DNA of 64,000 nucleotides. Origin: an uncultured bacterium. GTDB lineage: Bacteria; Verrucomicrobiota; Kiritimatiellia; CAIKKV01; CALHGX01. Made by a program: the position numbers and the translations under genes. Below the pieces are notes generated by a model, which saw nothing but the letters and a program-made list of their open reading frames with translations, made no database searches and was not told the origin of the DNA. This document shows, in pieces, positions 28,421 through 37,673 of this stretch. The DNA is taken from assembly GCA_938031185.1 (NCBI GenBank), contig CALHGX010000017.1, forward strand, positions 7,662 through 71,661, in the 5' to 3' direction. The number at the start of each line of letters is the position of its first letter. The stretch's first letter is position 1.

Positions 28421-29245
28421 ATGATTCCTTACCGGCCCCCACGCTCCATCTTCACCATGAACAGGACATCACACAAAGGCCGGCTCAACGCAAAGTCATC
28501 CAGATCCAAGCTGCCCGGCGGATCAAGCTTTCTGGCGCGAACGCTTGAGGGTTTCATCCCGCCTGAAAGCGCCATCTGGACCAGCTTGCGGCCGGCCTTG
28601 GAAGACATAAGAACCGTATTCCGTCACTTTTTTCCCCCTCTACCCGCCTTGCCTGCTCCGCCAATCTTGTTCATCGAAACCACTAATATCTGCAATGCGA
28701 ATTGCGTGTTCTGCGGTTACCGATTTCAAAGCCTATTCCGAAAAGGGAAAGGTTTTATGGCCCCTGAACTTTTCGAAAAGGCCGTCTCGCAGTACGCCGA
28801 GATGGGCGGGCGAGCGGTCAACCTCACGCCGATTGTTGGAGAGCCATTGCTTGATCCGCACCTTATGGAGCGCATTCGAGCAGCCAAGTCATACAAACTC
28901 AGTGTCTCTCTCATCACGAACGGCCTCCTTCTGAATCGCTTGGATCTTGAGCGGCTGGTCACGGAGGGCCTTGACTCAATTGCGATTTCTTGTGCGCCGT
29001 TCGAAGAAGAGGCCCACAGGAGGATCTATCGTACAGACCAATACCATTGCCTGCTAGAAGGAATCAAAAGGCTCCTTAGCATACGTAATTCAACCAACTC
29101 TGATACGCGCATTTGCTTTCTTGTCAGATCGGATGTTCCAAAGGCAATCGCAGAACAATTTCACGATTGGATAAGCATCAGATCTGATCTGCGCAAACAC
29201 GAAAAAAACGCCATGTACCAAATAGCCGCTTTCGATTCATGGTGA
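28421..29245 (+). CDS. radical SAM enzyme, N-terminal and core part (ends at in-frame TGA)
   Basis: FIETTNICNANCVFCGY (CxxxCxxC), then GEPLLDP and SLITNGLLL. The same reading frame continues as ORF 29279..29554. Confidence 0.7.
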   Translation: MIPYRPPRSIFTMNRTSHKGRLNAKSSRSKLPGGSSFLARTLEGFIPPESAIWTSLRPALEDIRTVFRHFFPPLPALPAPPILFIETTNICNANCVFCGYRFQSLFRKGKGFMAPELFEKAVSQYAEMGGRAVNLTPIVGEPLLDPHLMERIRAAKSYKLSVSLITNGLLLNRLDLERLVTEGLDSIAISCAPFEEEAHRRIYRTDQYHCLLEGIKRLLSIRNSTNSDTRICFLVRSDVPKAIAEQFHDWISIRSDLRKHEKNAMYQIAAFDSW

Positions 29246-29278
29246 GGACTCATTAAACAATACGACCTGCCCGGCTGC

Positions 29279-29554
29279 ATGAAATTGTCTCACAAAATAT
29301 TGTTTAAATCTCGTCCTTGTCGATGGACATGGTTTCCAATTATTACTTGGTCAGGCGAGGTACGTGCTTGTCCTTGCAGATATACTTCGTGTTCAATCGA
29401 TAGCGATGGTTTGTTGATAGGAGATTTGAAAAAAGACTGCCTTAATGAAATTTGGAGTGACAATAAACTTAAATCAATAAGGATGTCCTTTATTGATAAA
29501 TCTTTTTCGATGCCACTCTCGTGTATACAATGCAATTCCTACAAAGCATATTGA
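29279..29554 (+). CDS. SPASM/twitch-like Cys-rich C-terminal part of the same radical SAM gene
   Basis: In frame with 28421..29245. CRWTWFPIITWSGEVRAC (Cx11Gx4C) ... CIQC. The only stop separating the two parts is TGA 29243-29245. Confidence 0.55.
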   Translation: MKLSHKILFKSRPCRWTWFPIITWSGEVRACPCRYTSCSIDSDGLLIGDLKKDCLNEIWSDNKLKSIRMSFIDKSFSMPLSCIQCNSYKAY

Positions 29555-29584
29555 TGGTTCGGAAAATTATCGGCGTCTAGATAA

Positions 29585-31480
29585 TCAATGCACGACTTCT
29601 GTCTTTCTCCGCAACGCTATGCGAATGATGGCGACGTCAGCAGGCGTGACGCCTGGCACTCTACTGGCTTGCCCAATCGTTGATGGTCGGATACGACTCA
29701 GCTTTTCGCGAGCTTCAAACCGCAGCGCAACGATTGATTCATAATCAAAATCCTTTGGGATTTGAACTGCTTCATCCTTGGCGATATTCGCAATTTGCCT
29801 ATTTTCCCGTTCAATGTATCCTTGATACTTGATTTCTGTTTCTATGAAAAGCGCACCTTCTACTCCGATTCCTTGTGAACTTCCTGGCAGGTCAAAATAC
29901 CGCATCCCTTTCTTGCACAGCATTTGAGCAAGGGTAGCTCCGTCTTTGTAGGTAGATTTGAGGCGGGCCATCTCTCTGGAGATCTCATCTAATTCATGTT
30001 CAGTTTCAATGATCGTTTCCTTCTTAAGAATAGCAATACATTTCGCCATGCTAAGCAGCCTGTATTTTGCGCTATCCTGACGCAGAATGAGCCTATGTTC
30101 TGCCCTTGAAGTGAACATTCTGTATGGTTCTGAAGTTCCCTTTGTAACAAGGTCGTCTATCAAGACGCCGATATAGGCCTGCGAACGACTAAAGACCACA
30201 GGTCTTTTGGAAAGCACAACATTCGCGGCATTGACGCCAGCGACAAAGCCTTGCGCTGCAGCTTCCTCGTATCCAGTCGTTCCGTTGATCTGTCCAGCAA
30301 AGAACAGGTTTCGCACCAGCTTCGTCTCTAATGTGTGATACAGTTGCGTCGGATCACAGAAATCGTATTCAATGGCATAGCCAAATTTAGTGAATTCTGC
30401 CCTTTCCAATCCAGGTATTGATCGAATCATCTTGATCTGAACATCTTCCGGAAGACTATTTGATGTCCCGTTCGGATAGTATTCGTCTGTATCTCGACCT
30501 TCTGGCTCAAGGAAGACATGATGAGAATCCCTGTCTTTGAATTTGACGATCTTGTCCTCTATTGACGGACAATACCGAACTCCGGTTCCGGTGATTGAGC
30601 CGCCATACAATGAGCTTAAGTGAAGGCTATTTGAAATGATATCATGACAGATTTTGTTTGTATGAGTTATGTGACAAACCATTTGACGCCATCCTGGAAG
30701 CCAAGGCATAAGATCCGACCATGAATGTTCCACGTGGAACATCGTTCGGTCGGCATCAAGATGTTCCTCGCGGAACATTCTGTAAATTCGTCTAGCCTCA
30801 CTAGAAAACATTGGCGGCGGTTCGTCGCCTCGCTGCTCTGTCGCCTTGGAAAAATCAATACTACTCGCTCTTATCCGTGGCGGTGTTCCAGTCTTTAGCC
30901 TCGCACAAGAAAAACCGAGTCTATCCAAGTTCTTCGCCGCTTCGTTGGCCGATTGCTCTCCGTTTCTGCCTCCGCTGAATGATCTTTTTCCTATGTGAAT
31001 CATTCCGTTCATGAATGTTCCAGGACAAAAGACTACGCACTTCGATTTTAGACTAACCCCGCTCTGAAGTCGCACTCCTTTTGCAGTGTCTTCCTCAACA
31101 ATGAATTCAATCACTGTACCGCTGACAATCTCCAGCATTGGTTCATTCTTCAGTACAGCTAGCATCCTTTTTGAGTAAGCAGCCTTGTCGCATTGAACTC
31201 TTGTTGACTGGACTGACGCTCCCTTCTTAGTGTTAATGGTCCTAAACTGAATTCCAGTGAAGTCGGCATTTCTTCCAATTTCGCCTCCAAGGGCATCCAG
31301 TTCATAAACGAGGTGTGATTTTGCGATGCCTCCAATTGAAGGATTGCATGACATCCTCGCGACCGCGCTTATCTCCATCGTTACCAATGCTGTTCTGACT
31401 CCCATCCGAGAACACGCAAGGGCCGCTTCGCAACCGGCATGCCCTGCGCCAACAACAATTACGTCATATTCCAATCGCAT
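29585..31480 (-). CDS. mnmG: tRNA uridine-5-carboxymethylaminomethyl modification enzyme MnmG (GidA)
   Basis: [22 protein letters not shown]..., ...[16 protein letters not shown]..., about 630 aa. The longer ORF to 31540 overlaps mnmE. Confidence 0.95.
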   Translation of the reverse strand: MRLEYDVIVVGAGHAGCEAALACSRMGVRTALVTMEISAVARMSCNPSIGGIAKSHLVYELDALGGEIGRNADFTGIQFRTINTKKGASVQSTRVQCDKAAYSKRMLAVLKNEPMLEIVSGTVIEFIVEEDTAKGVRLQSGVSLKSKCVVFCPGTFMNGMIHIGKRSFSGGRNGEQSANEAAKNLDRLGFSCARLKTGTPPRIRASSIDFSKATEQRGDEPPPMFSSEARRIYRMFREEHLDADRTMFHVEHSWSDLMPWLPGWRQMVCHITHTNKICHDIISNSLHLSSLYGGSITGTGVRYCPSIEDKIVKFKDRDSHHVFLEPEGRDTDEYYPNGTSNSLPEDVQIKMIRSIPGLERAEFTKFGYAIEYDFCDPTQLYHTLETKLVRNLFFAGQINGTTGYEEAAAQGFVAGVNAANVVLSKRPVVFSRSQAYIGVLIDDLVTKGTSEPYRMFTSRAEHRLILRQDSAKYRLLSMAKCIAILKKETIIETEHELDEISREMARLKSTYKDGATLAQMLCKKGMRYFDLPGSSQGIGVEGALFIETEIKYQGYIERENRQIANIAKDEAVQIPKDFDYESIVALRFEAREKLSRIRPSTIGQASRVPGVTPADVAIIRIALRRKTEVVH

Positions 31481-31481
31481 T

Positions 31482-32882
31482 TCACTTTCCCAAACAGAAC
31501 CTTGAAAATATGCTGTCAAGAAGGCTGTCGTAATAAACACGCCCAGTAATTGATCCTATTCGCTCCAAAGCATCTCGCAGGCATGCCGCAGACAATGAGA
31601 TTTCTTCTTCTCCTGACTGTATGATTCGTGCTGCCTCTGCAATGCTTTCGAGGGCCAATTCGATTTGTGTTTTATGCCTCTCTGCAATGCAGCAATGCGA
31701 TTCACCTGCGTCCATACCTGATAGCGATCGCAAAATCACTTCGCGTATCTCTTGAACACCATGTCCAGTTTTCAGGCTGCACAAAACGACATCATGATAT
31801 GCATGATATGGAACCAATTCATTAACATTAGGTTGAACGATATCTATTTTATTTAGTATAATTATCTTTTTTCTTGCCGATGTCATTGAAATAACTTTGT
31901 GGTCTTCTCCATTCGGACCTACAGATGCATCAATCACGTAGAGAAGGATATCTGCTCTTGCAATGGCCTCTTGCGCTCTGGAAATGCCCTCTGCCTCTAT
32001 TTCACAATCGGTTTCGCGAATCCCTGCGGTGTCAACGAGACGAATTGGATAGCCGTTCAGGGTCATGGCCTCCTCAATGAGGTCTCGCGTCGTCCCGGGA
32101 TGCCTTGTAACGATTGAACGATCCATTTCGAGAAGATGATTGAACAACGTGGATTTCCCCGCGTTGGGCCGTCCGGCCACCACAACAAAAACTCCTTCCC
32201 GTAAGATGCGTCCCTCATTCCAAGATGAAAGCAATCCTTTCATCCTTCTTTCAGCCACAGCGATACGATCCGCAATTCCTTGTATAACAGTTTGTTCCAA
32301 ATCATCCTCCAAAAAGTCCAATGTGGCTTCCAGGTCTGCTTGCGCGAGAAGAAGATCGTCATAAATAATTCCAACATAATGACTTAAACGGCCTTCCATC
32401 TGTTCGGCAGCCAAGAGCGCCGCTCGATCTGATTTCGCCCTGATGATGTCCATGACGGCCTCGGATTGAACCAGGTCTATACGGCCGTTCAGAAAAGCGC
32501 GTCGCGTGAACTCACCGGGTTCAGCCATCCGGGCTCCCGCCTGGATCAGAAGTCGCAAAACGCGCGCTGCAGACCGTCTTCCGCCATGGACCTGAAACTC
32601 AACGACATCTTCGCGGGTGTAGCTATGAGGCGCGCGAAATATGAGAAGCACGGCCTCATCCACGATCTTCTCTTTGCCGCTGCCGCCGTCTCCGTCCTTC
32701 TCGAAAATATGGCCATAAACAAACGTACCGCCCGCCCTCGCCGAGGGACGAGGGCCTTTGCTCCTGAACACGGCATCCGCTAGCTCCAAGCTCTTGGAGC
32801 CAGACAGCCTCACGATCGCAATGGCCCCTTCACCAGGCGCCGTGGCTATCGCTGCGATTGTATCTTGTTCCGAAGCCTGCAT
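31482..32882 (-). CDS. mnmE: tRNA modification GTPase MnmE (TrmE)
   Basis: [23 protein letters not shown]-domain [12 protein letters not shown] / DTAGIR / LNKID, C-terminal FCLGK. The start could also be 32930. Confidence 0.95.
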   Translation of the reverse strand: MQASEQDTIAAIATAPGEGAIAIVRLSGSKSLELADAVFRSKGPRPSARAGGTFVYGHIFEKDGDGGSGKEKIVDEAVLLIFRAPHSYTREDVVEFQVHGGRRSAARVLRLLIQAGARMAEPGEFTRRAFLNGRIDLVQSEAVMDIIRAKSDRAALLAAEQMEGRLSHYVGIIYDDLLLAQADLEATLDFLEDDLEQTVIQGIADRIAVAERRMKGLLSSWNEGRILREGVFVVVAGRPNAGKSTLFNHLLEMDRSIVTRHPGTTRDLIEEAMTLNGYPIRLVDTAGIRETDCEIEAEGISRAQEAIARADILLYVIDASVGPNGEDHKVISMTSARKKIIILNKIDIVQPNVNELVPYHAYHDVVLCSLKTGHGVQEIREVILRSLSGMDAGESHCCIAERHKTQIELALESIAEAARIIQSGEEEISLSAACLRDALERIGSITGRVYYDSLLDSIFSRFCLGK

Positions 32883-33201
32883 GTGACGGTCCGAGATTAT
32901 ATCCGCATTCCGATTGAAAACCATCCCCATGCCTGTTTACATCCGAACCTATCGAAGGTTAGGATGCCGTTGCGATGACGTTCTTCACCTGGTGTCAGCT
33001 TCGGGAAGCAGTGACACGAGGTCGCCGCAATAACTCATACGGTCTTCCCGCCAAGGAAAGGGATATTGCCCTCACGGAGCAGGCGGTAATCACAAGACCC
33101 GTCGCGCCTGACTGGTTCAAGGAAGGAGAATGGCCTGCAATGACAGCCCATAACGCCAAAGCACTTCAGTAGTCAACCTCCGTCGCGCAAAGGGGAGAAC
33201 C

Positions 33202-35499
33202 ATGCGCTCTTTTCGGCCGTCGCCACTATGGGAAACGACTGCCGCCATCGTGCTGGGCGCTTGCGGCATGATGGGACAGGTCCTCTTATGGCGGGAACTC
33301 TTGGCGCTGTACCAAGGGAATGAGTTGACTACGGGGATCATTTTAGCGAATTGGCTGCTGGCAGAGGCTGGCGGCGCATGGATGTTCAGCCGATGGCCTA
33401 GCTCCCGCGGATCCCCTTTCTTCCTTTTCGCGGCCCTGAGCGGCCTTTACGCCGTGGCACTCCCAGGTTCCATGGTTCTAACCAGATTGTTCCGCCCCTC
33501 GCTGGGGCTGGCCATCGGCGAACCGGTGGGACCGTTGTTCACAATGCTCTCTTCCCTGCTGCTGCTTGCACCTGCAGCCTTCCTTCACGGGGCCCTTTTC
33601 CCCGCGACAATCCGGTTGTTCCGCCATGATCCTGCCCGACCAACTGGCACGGTTATTGGCAGTTTTTATGTTCTTGAAAGCATTGGCACTTTGCTCGGCG
33701 CTATGGCTTGGATGGCGTACTCCAGCACCGGCGGCCACGGTTTCACGCCAACTGCAACCGTCGCGGTCATCACAGTCCTGCTTCTCCTGCTCCGTAAAGA
33801 GTTCTCTCGGGCAAGTCGAAGGATTCTGTACCGCACTCTTCTTGTTGCGGGTGCCACAGGCGCCCTGATGGTGTCATGGCGAGGAGGCGCGGCGCTTCAC
33901 ACATGGTCGCTAGCTCGGCAATACCAGCCGTATCGCGTGTTGGGAGCTTTGTCTTCTCCTCATGGTAATTGGGTGGTTCTGGACGCCGACAAACAACATC
34001 TTTTTCTCATGGACGGCCAACCGGCATATCTGACGCCGGTACCCGACCGCTCCGCCATCGAGGAAATGGCCCACCTTCCGCTGCTGTTCCACAACGCCCC
34101 CCGACGGCTGTGTCTCATCGGCGGCGGTGCGGGCGGTCTACTCAACGAGATTCTCAAGCACCCTTCTGTTGAAACAGTGGACTATACAGAGGTGGATCCG
34201 GCCCTCTTCGAGTTGTTTCGGCGATTTCCAACCGATTTGACGGCAAGAGAACTCGGTGACGCTCGTGTGCGAATTCATCTCAGCGACGGACGACGTTTTC
34301 TACTTCAATCGCGCGACACTTTTGATGTGATTTGGGTCAATATCCTCGAGCCCGCGACCCTGCAAGCGAACCGCTACTATACATTGGAATTCTTTTCAAC
34401 ACTGCGGCCGCGCTTGGCAGATGACGGCATTGTGATCGCAACGCTGCCGGGCCGATTGGCTTATCCCTCCCCGGACTTACGGATCGCGCAGGCCGGCTTT
34501 CTGAATGTGCTGCACCGTGTTGTGGGGTCTGTGCGTCTGCTTCCGGGCGAGGGCCGGTTTATCTACCTAGCGTCGCCGCAACGGGCCTTGGCGGATGTCA
34601 CCGCGGAGGATCTGACGCACCGCGCGCGGGCAAGGGGGTTGGAGGCTGCCATCAGCACGTACCGCCACCTGGAACAACGCTTGCATCCAGGATGGCAGAA
34701 ATGGGTGGCGCAGGAATACCACACCATACGAGCTCCTATAAACCGGGATTCCAAACCTGTGACCGTCTTTCACCTGTTGGCGCATCATCAGGGCGCCCGC
34801 TCGCCGCTCGCCAGCGCTCTTCTCCTCAGCTTGCGCCGCCGCTTTTGGCTAACCGTCCCGGTGGCGGCGGCATGCTGGTTCGCGTTTCGCCGCCTTCCGT
34901 GGAGACGGTCGCGGAATCCCGCCACGCGTTGGCCGATTTTCTTCCAGGTCGCAACGACGGGTTTCGCCGGCATGCTGCTCAACCTGCTGTTGATTTTCTC
35001 CCTGCAATCAGCGCTGGGACATGTTCAGATGTGGATCGGGCTGTTGATGGCGGCGTTTATGATCGGCGCCGCCAGCGCCGCCTTCATTGCCGCTCAATGC
35101 CCTCCGCCTGTGGATCGTCTCTCACGAGTTCTGCGCCTGTGCGAAGTGGCGTTGTGCTGCTACTGCAGTGTGCTGCCTTGGCTCCTCCTTGCTGTAAACG
35201 CAGTGGCCTCCCGTGTGGAGATTTGGGCGGCTATCTTTTTTGCCGCTCTTAATGCCGGCGCCGGCGCACTTACGGGCGTTCTTTTCCCCCTGGCGGCACA
35301 CTGTTTCGCCCTGCGGGAAAGCCGTGCGGAGCGAACGGCAGGACGCCTGCAAACGGTCGACCTTACCGGCGGCTGGCTGGCCGGCCTGTTGGGCGCGTCT
35401 TTTCTCCTGCCCTTGGCAGGCGTGGCAGGCGCATGTCTGCTGATAGTGGTTCTGAAAGGGTTGAGCCTTTTCCTGCTGTGCGGTAACATGAAAGTGTGA
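33202..35499 (+). CDS. fused polytopic-membrane / spermidine-synthase-like protein
   Basis: 765 aa. N-terminal block of about 7 TM segments, a central aminopropyl/methyltransferase-like domain (LCLIGGGAGGLLNEILKHPSVETVDYTEVDP...FDVIWVNILEP), and a C-terminal TM block. Confidence 0.7.
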   Translation: MRSFRPSPLWETTAAIVLGACGMMGQVLLWRELLALYQGNELTTGIILANWLLAEAGGAWMFSRWPSSRGSPFFLFAALSGLYAVALPGSMVLTRLFRPSLGLAIGEPVGPLFTMLSSLLLLAPAAFLHGALFPATIRLFRHDPARPTGTVIGSFYVLESIGTLLGAMAWMAYSSTGGHGFTPTATVAVITVLLLLLRKEFSRASRRILYRTLLVAGATGALMVSWRGGAALHTWSLARQYQPYRVLGALSSPHGNWVVLDADKQHLFLMDGQPAYLTPVPDRSAIEEMAHLPLLFHNAPRRLCLIGGGAGGLLNEILKHPSVETVDYTEVDPALFELFRRFPTDLTARELGDARVRIHLSDGRRFLLQSRDTFDVIWVNILEPATLQANRYYTLEFFSTLRPRLADDGIVIATLPGRLAYPSPDLRIAQAGFLNVLHRVVGSVRLLPGEGRFIYLASPQRALADVTAEDLTHRARARGLEAAISTYRHLEQRLHPGWQKWVAQEYHTIRAPINRDSKPVTVFHLLAHHQGARSPLASALLLSLRRRFWLTVPVAAACWFAFRRLPWRRSRNPATRWPIFFQVATTGFAGMLLNLLLIFSLQSALGHVQMWIGLLMAAFMIGAASAAFIAAQCPPPVDRLSRVLRLCEVALCCYCSVLPWLLLAVNAVASRVEIWAAIFFAALNAGAGALTGVLFPLAAHCFALRESRAERTAGRLQTVDLTGGWLAGLLGASFLLPLAGVAGACLLIVVLKGLSLFLLCGNMKV

Positions 35500-36611
35500 A
35501 ACATGAAGGCAACGGCATGCTTTCGCAAGGGTCATCCTGCCGCCCTGTCCTCCTTACGAGACGCTCGTTTGTTCGAGCCTTGGGAGGCGGGTTTCTATGG
35601 TCCGCGCTGATGGCTATTTCGTCACATGGCGACGGAAAGAGAGAACGTGGCGGCGTCGCCAGAATGGATGGCGATGAGGCCGCATATCCCGCCTACCTAC
35701 CTTTACGCCGCACTGGCGAACTGAGGCGGCGGGCCGATGCTCTGTGGGACATTCTGCACGAGTGCAGGCTGTGTCCCCGCGATTGTCGCGCGCGGCGCCT
35801 TGATGGCCGCCGCGGCTTCTGTCGCGCCCCCGGCGCCCGCTTGGTCATTTCGGCCCACAGTCCGCATTTTGGAGAAGAACGTCCCTTGGTCGGACAGGGT
35901 GGTTCGGGCACCATCTTTTTCAGCCACTGCAACCTGCGGTGTGTCTTCTGCCAGAATTGGGAGATCAGCCATCTGGGGCGGGGCCAAGAACGCAGCATCG
36001 AGGACCTCGCCGGCGTGATGCTCGCGCTGCAACGGTGGGGATGCCACAATATCAACCTCGTGACGCCCACCCATTATCTCCCGCACATTGTGAAGGCGCT
36101 CGACATCGCCGCAGGACGGGGCCTGCACCTTCCGCTCGTCTACAACACCTGCGGCTGGGAAAGAACGGAGATCGTCAAACAGCTCGACGGTATCGTGGAC
36201 ATTTATCTGCCGGACATGAAGTATGCCGATAACGACCTCGCGGCCCGCTACTCGGCCGGGGCGACGGATTATCCGAAGCGCACGCAAGAGGCCGTTCTCG
36301 AAATGCACCGCCAAGTCGGCGTGGCGCGCGTGCCGACCGACGGCGTCATGCGACGCGGGTTGATGATTCGCCACCTGGTGATGCCGAATCACACAGCAGA
36401 CTCCATCCGCATCCTGGAGTGGATTGCTACGCACCTCCCGCTGGATACCTACGTGAACCTCATGGCCCAATACAATCCCCAGTACAAAGCGTTCGAATAC
36501 CCTGAAATCGCCCGCCGCGTGACGCACGAAGAGTACCGGCGCGTCGTCGAGCGGGCACGGGCGCTCGGCCTGACAAACCTCGACGCCCAAACCACCGGCT
36601 GGCTGGTTTGA
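35496..36611 (+). CDS. radical SAM enzyme, PflX-like (COG1313-type activase homolog)
   Basis: CRLCPRDC...GFCRAPG, FFSHCNLRCVFCQNWEISH (CxxxCxxC), NLVTPTHYLPHIV. The GTG start overlaps the upstream TGA. A Tat-like TRRSFVRALGG motif is present if the N-terminus is translated. Confidence 0.7.
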   Translation: MKHEGNGMLSQGSSCRPVLLTRRSFVRALGGGFLWSALMAISSHGDGKRERGGVARMDGDEAAYPAYLPLRRTGELRRRADALWDILHECRLCPRDCRARRLDGRRGFCRAPGARLVISAHSPHFGEERPLVGQGGSGTIFFSHCNLRCVFCQNWEISHLGRGQERSIEDLAGVMLALQRWGCHNINLVTPTHYLPHIVKALDIAAGRGLHLPLVYNTCGWERTEIVKQLDGIVDIYLPDMKYADNDLAARYSAGATDYPKRTQEAVLEMHRQVGVARVPTDGVMRRGLMIRHLVMPNHTADSIRILEWIATHLPLDTYVNLMAQYNPQYKAFEYPEIARRVTHEEYRRVVERARALGLTNLDAQTTGWLV

Positions 36612-36694
36612 CGAGATTTCGGCGCTAGAACGTGAAAACAACCTTTTTCAGGTTCAACACCCCCGGCTACCGCCAACGCCCTGACGACAATCTG

Positions 36695-37627
36695 ATGAAC
36701 ATCCAATACAAAGGCGCGCTGACAACAATGACGGCGGCGCTTCTTATGTTCGCCGCTCGGTCGCAAGTCGCTGCCGCCAATCAGGAAAAAAGAACAACGC
36801 TGGCCCGACACGAAGCAGTGGCGGAGTACCAGGGCATGAACTGTCACCGCTGTGCCGGCCGCACGGCGTTGTGCCCCGATCGGTGCGGACATTCCGGCAT
36901 GATGGCGTCTTTTCTCATCCACAAACACCTGAAACACGCAAGAAACCCGGAGTGTGGCGATCCCGAGAAAGACCGCTTCGTTGTCATGCTGGACGACCAC
37001 CACCGGAGCTGTCGACCAACGGCTCCCAAGCTGAACAACGTGGTCGCGTCGCTTCAGCCGGGAGACGCCGTATTGCTCTTCTGGACGCATGATGGCGTTG
37101 CCTTGGATGATCAGTCGTGGCCCGAGCGAGTCGTATCAGTTCTCGAGAAGATCGCGTCCCTTGGGAGTACGCAATGGATGGAGCAGGTGGATCGCGCGGC
37201 GGCTGTTCGAGACGAGCAGGAACACGGGCCGTCACTCGGATCAACGGAATGGCTGAACGCCATCAGTCGCAAACTGGGCGTCGTGGATCCGGAGGGCCAT
37301 GGGCCGGATTATGACTCCGATGAGTGGCGACGCGCAGTCCATCGGAAGGCTTTTGGTCTTGAACCGGAACACCTGATTCGCGCGGTGTACCGCTCCCACG
37401 ACGGCGCGGAATTGCGTGTCACCTTTGACAACCTCCGCCGTACCGTCACGCTGCACCTGCCAGAAGGCGACCTCATGCTTCCGCAGGCAGTCTCCGCTTC
37501 CGGCGCACGGTACGTTTCAGCCGACGAGGAGTTCTGGAACAAGGGGGCCCGCGCCAGCTACCGAAAAGGAGGCGTCTTGATCTTTGAAGGCGAGTCATTG
37601 GACCAATGCGCCGAAGCCGGTCGTTAA
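36695..37627 (+). CDS. exported Cys-rich protein with C-terminal MliC-like domain
   Basis: Signal-like MNIQYKGALTTMTAALLMFAARSQVAAA. N-terminal domain with CHRC..CPDRC. C-terminal LRVTFDN..VTLHLPEGDLMLPQAVSASGARYVSADEEFWNKGARASY (MliC/PliC pattern). Confidence 0.55.
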   Translation: MNIQYKGALTTMTAALLMFAARSQVAAANQEKRTTLARHEAVAEYQGMNCHRCAGRTALCPDRCGHSGMMASFLIHKHLKHARNPECGDPEKDRFVVMLDDHHRSCRPTAPKLNNVVASLQPGDAVLLFWTHDGVALDDQSWPERVVSVLEKIASLGSTQWMEQVDRAAAVRDEQEHGPSLGSTEWLNAISRKLGVVDPEGHGPDYDSDEWRRAVHRKAFGLEPEHLIRAVYRSHDGAELRVTFDNLRRTVTLHLPEGDLMLPQAVSASGARYVSADEEFWNKGARASYRKGGVLIFEGESLDQCAEAGR

Positions 37628-37673
37628 GGTTGCCCATTCGCAACCGCCGTTGGGTCCGGAAACCGGCAAAGAT

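Noticed and set aside
28408-28545. 45-aa ORF (MTVKNDSLPAPTLHLHHEQDITQRPAQRKVIQIQAARRIKLSGANA) upstream of or overlapping the radical SAM gene, as a possible RiPP precursor
   Set aside because: It has no Cys, no Ser/Thr-rich core, no leader-like motif and only a weak ribosome-binding site. It overlaps the most likely radical SAM start region in another frame. Nothing supports it beyond being open.
29000-32400. Alternative genetic code (TGA = Trp or Gly) for the low-GC block, as an explanation of the in-frame TGA in the radical SAM gene
   Set aside because: mnmG (about 630 codons) and the low-GC part of mnmE are open in the standard code. Their Trp residues are read from TGG, and no other in-frame TGA occurs. 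A TGA-recoding donor would be expected to leave several.
28363-33172. 9-bp direct repeat CTTCAGTAG at 28363-28371 and 33164-33172, as possible insertion-site duplications flanking the low-GC segment
   Set aside because: By rough estimate, a 9-mer match between two windows of a few hundred bp is expected by chance about one time in ten. The repeats also lie 600-750 bp outside the actual GC breakpoints (about 29.0 and 32.4 kb).
32975-33172. 65-aa ORF between mnmE and the spermidine-synthase-like gene
   Set aside because: No ribosome-binding site that I can see, no recognisable motif or hydrophobic segment, and it sits in a probable promoter region for two divergent genes. It remains possible but unsupported.
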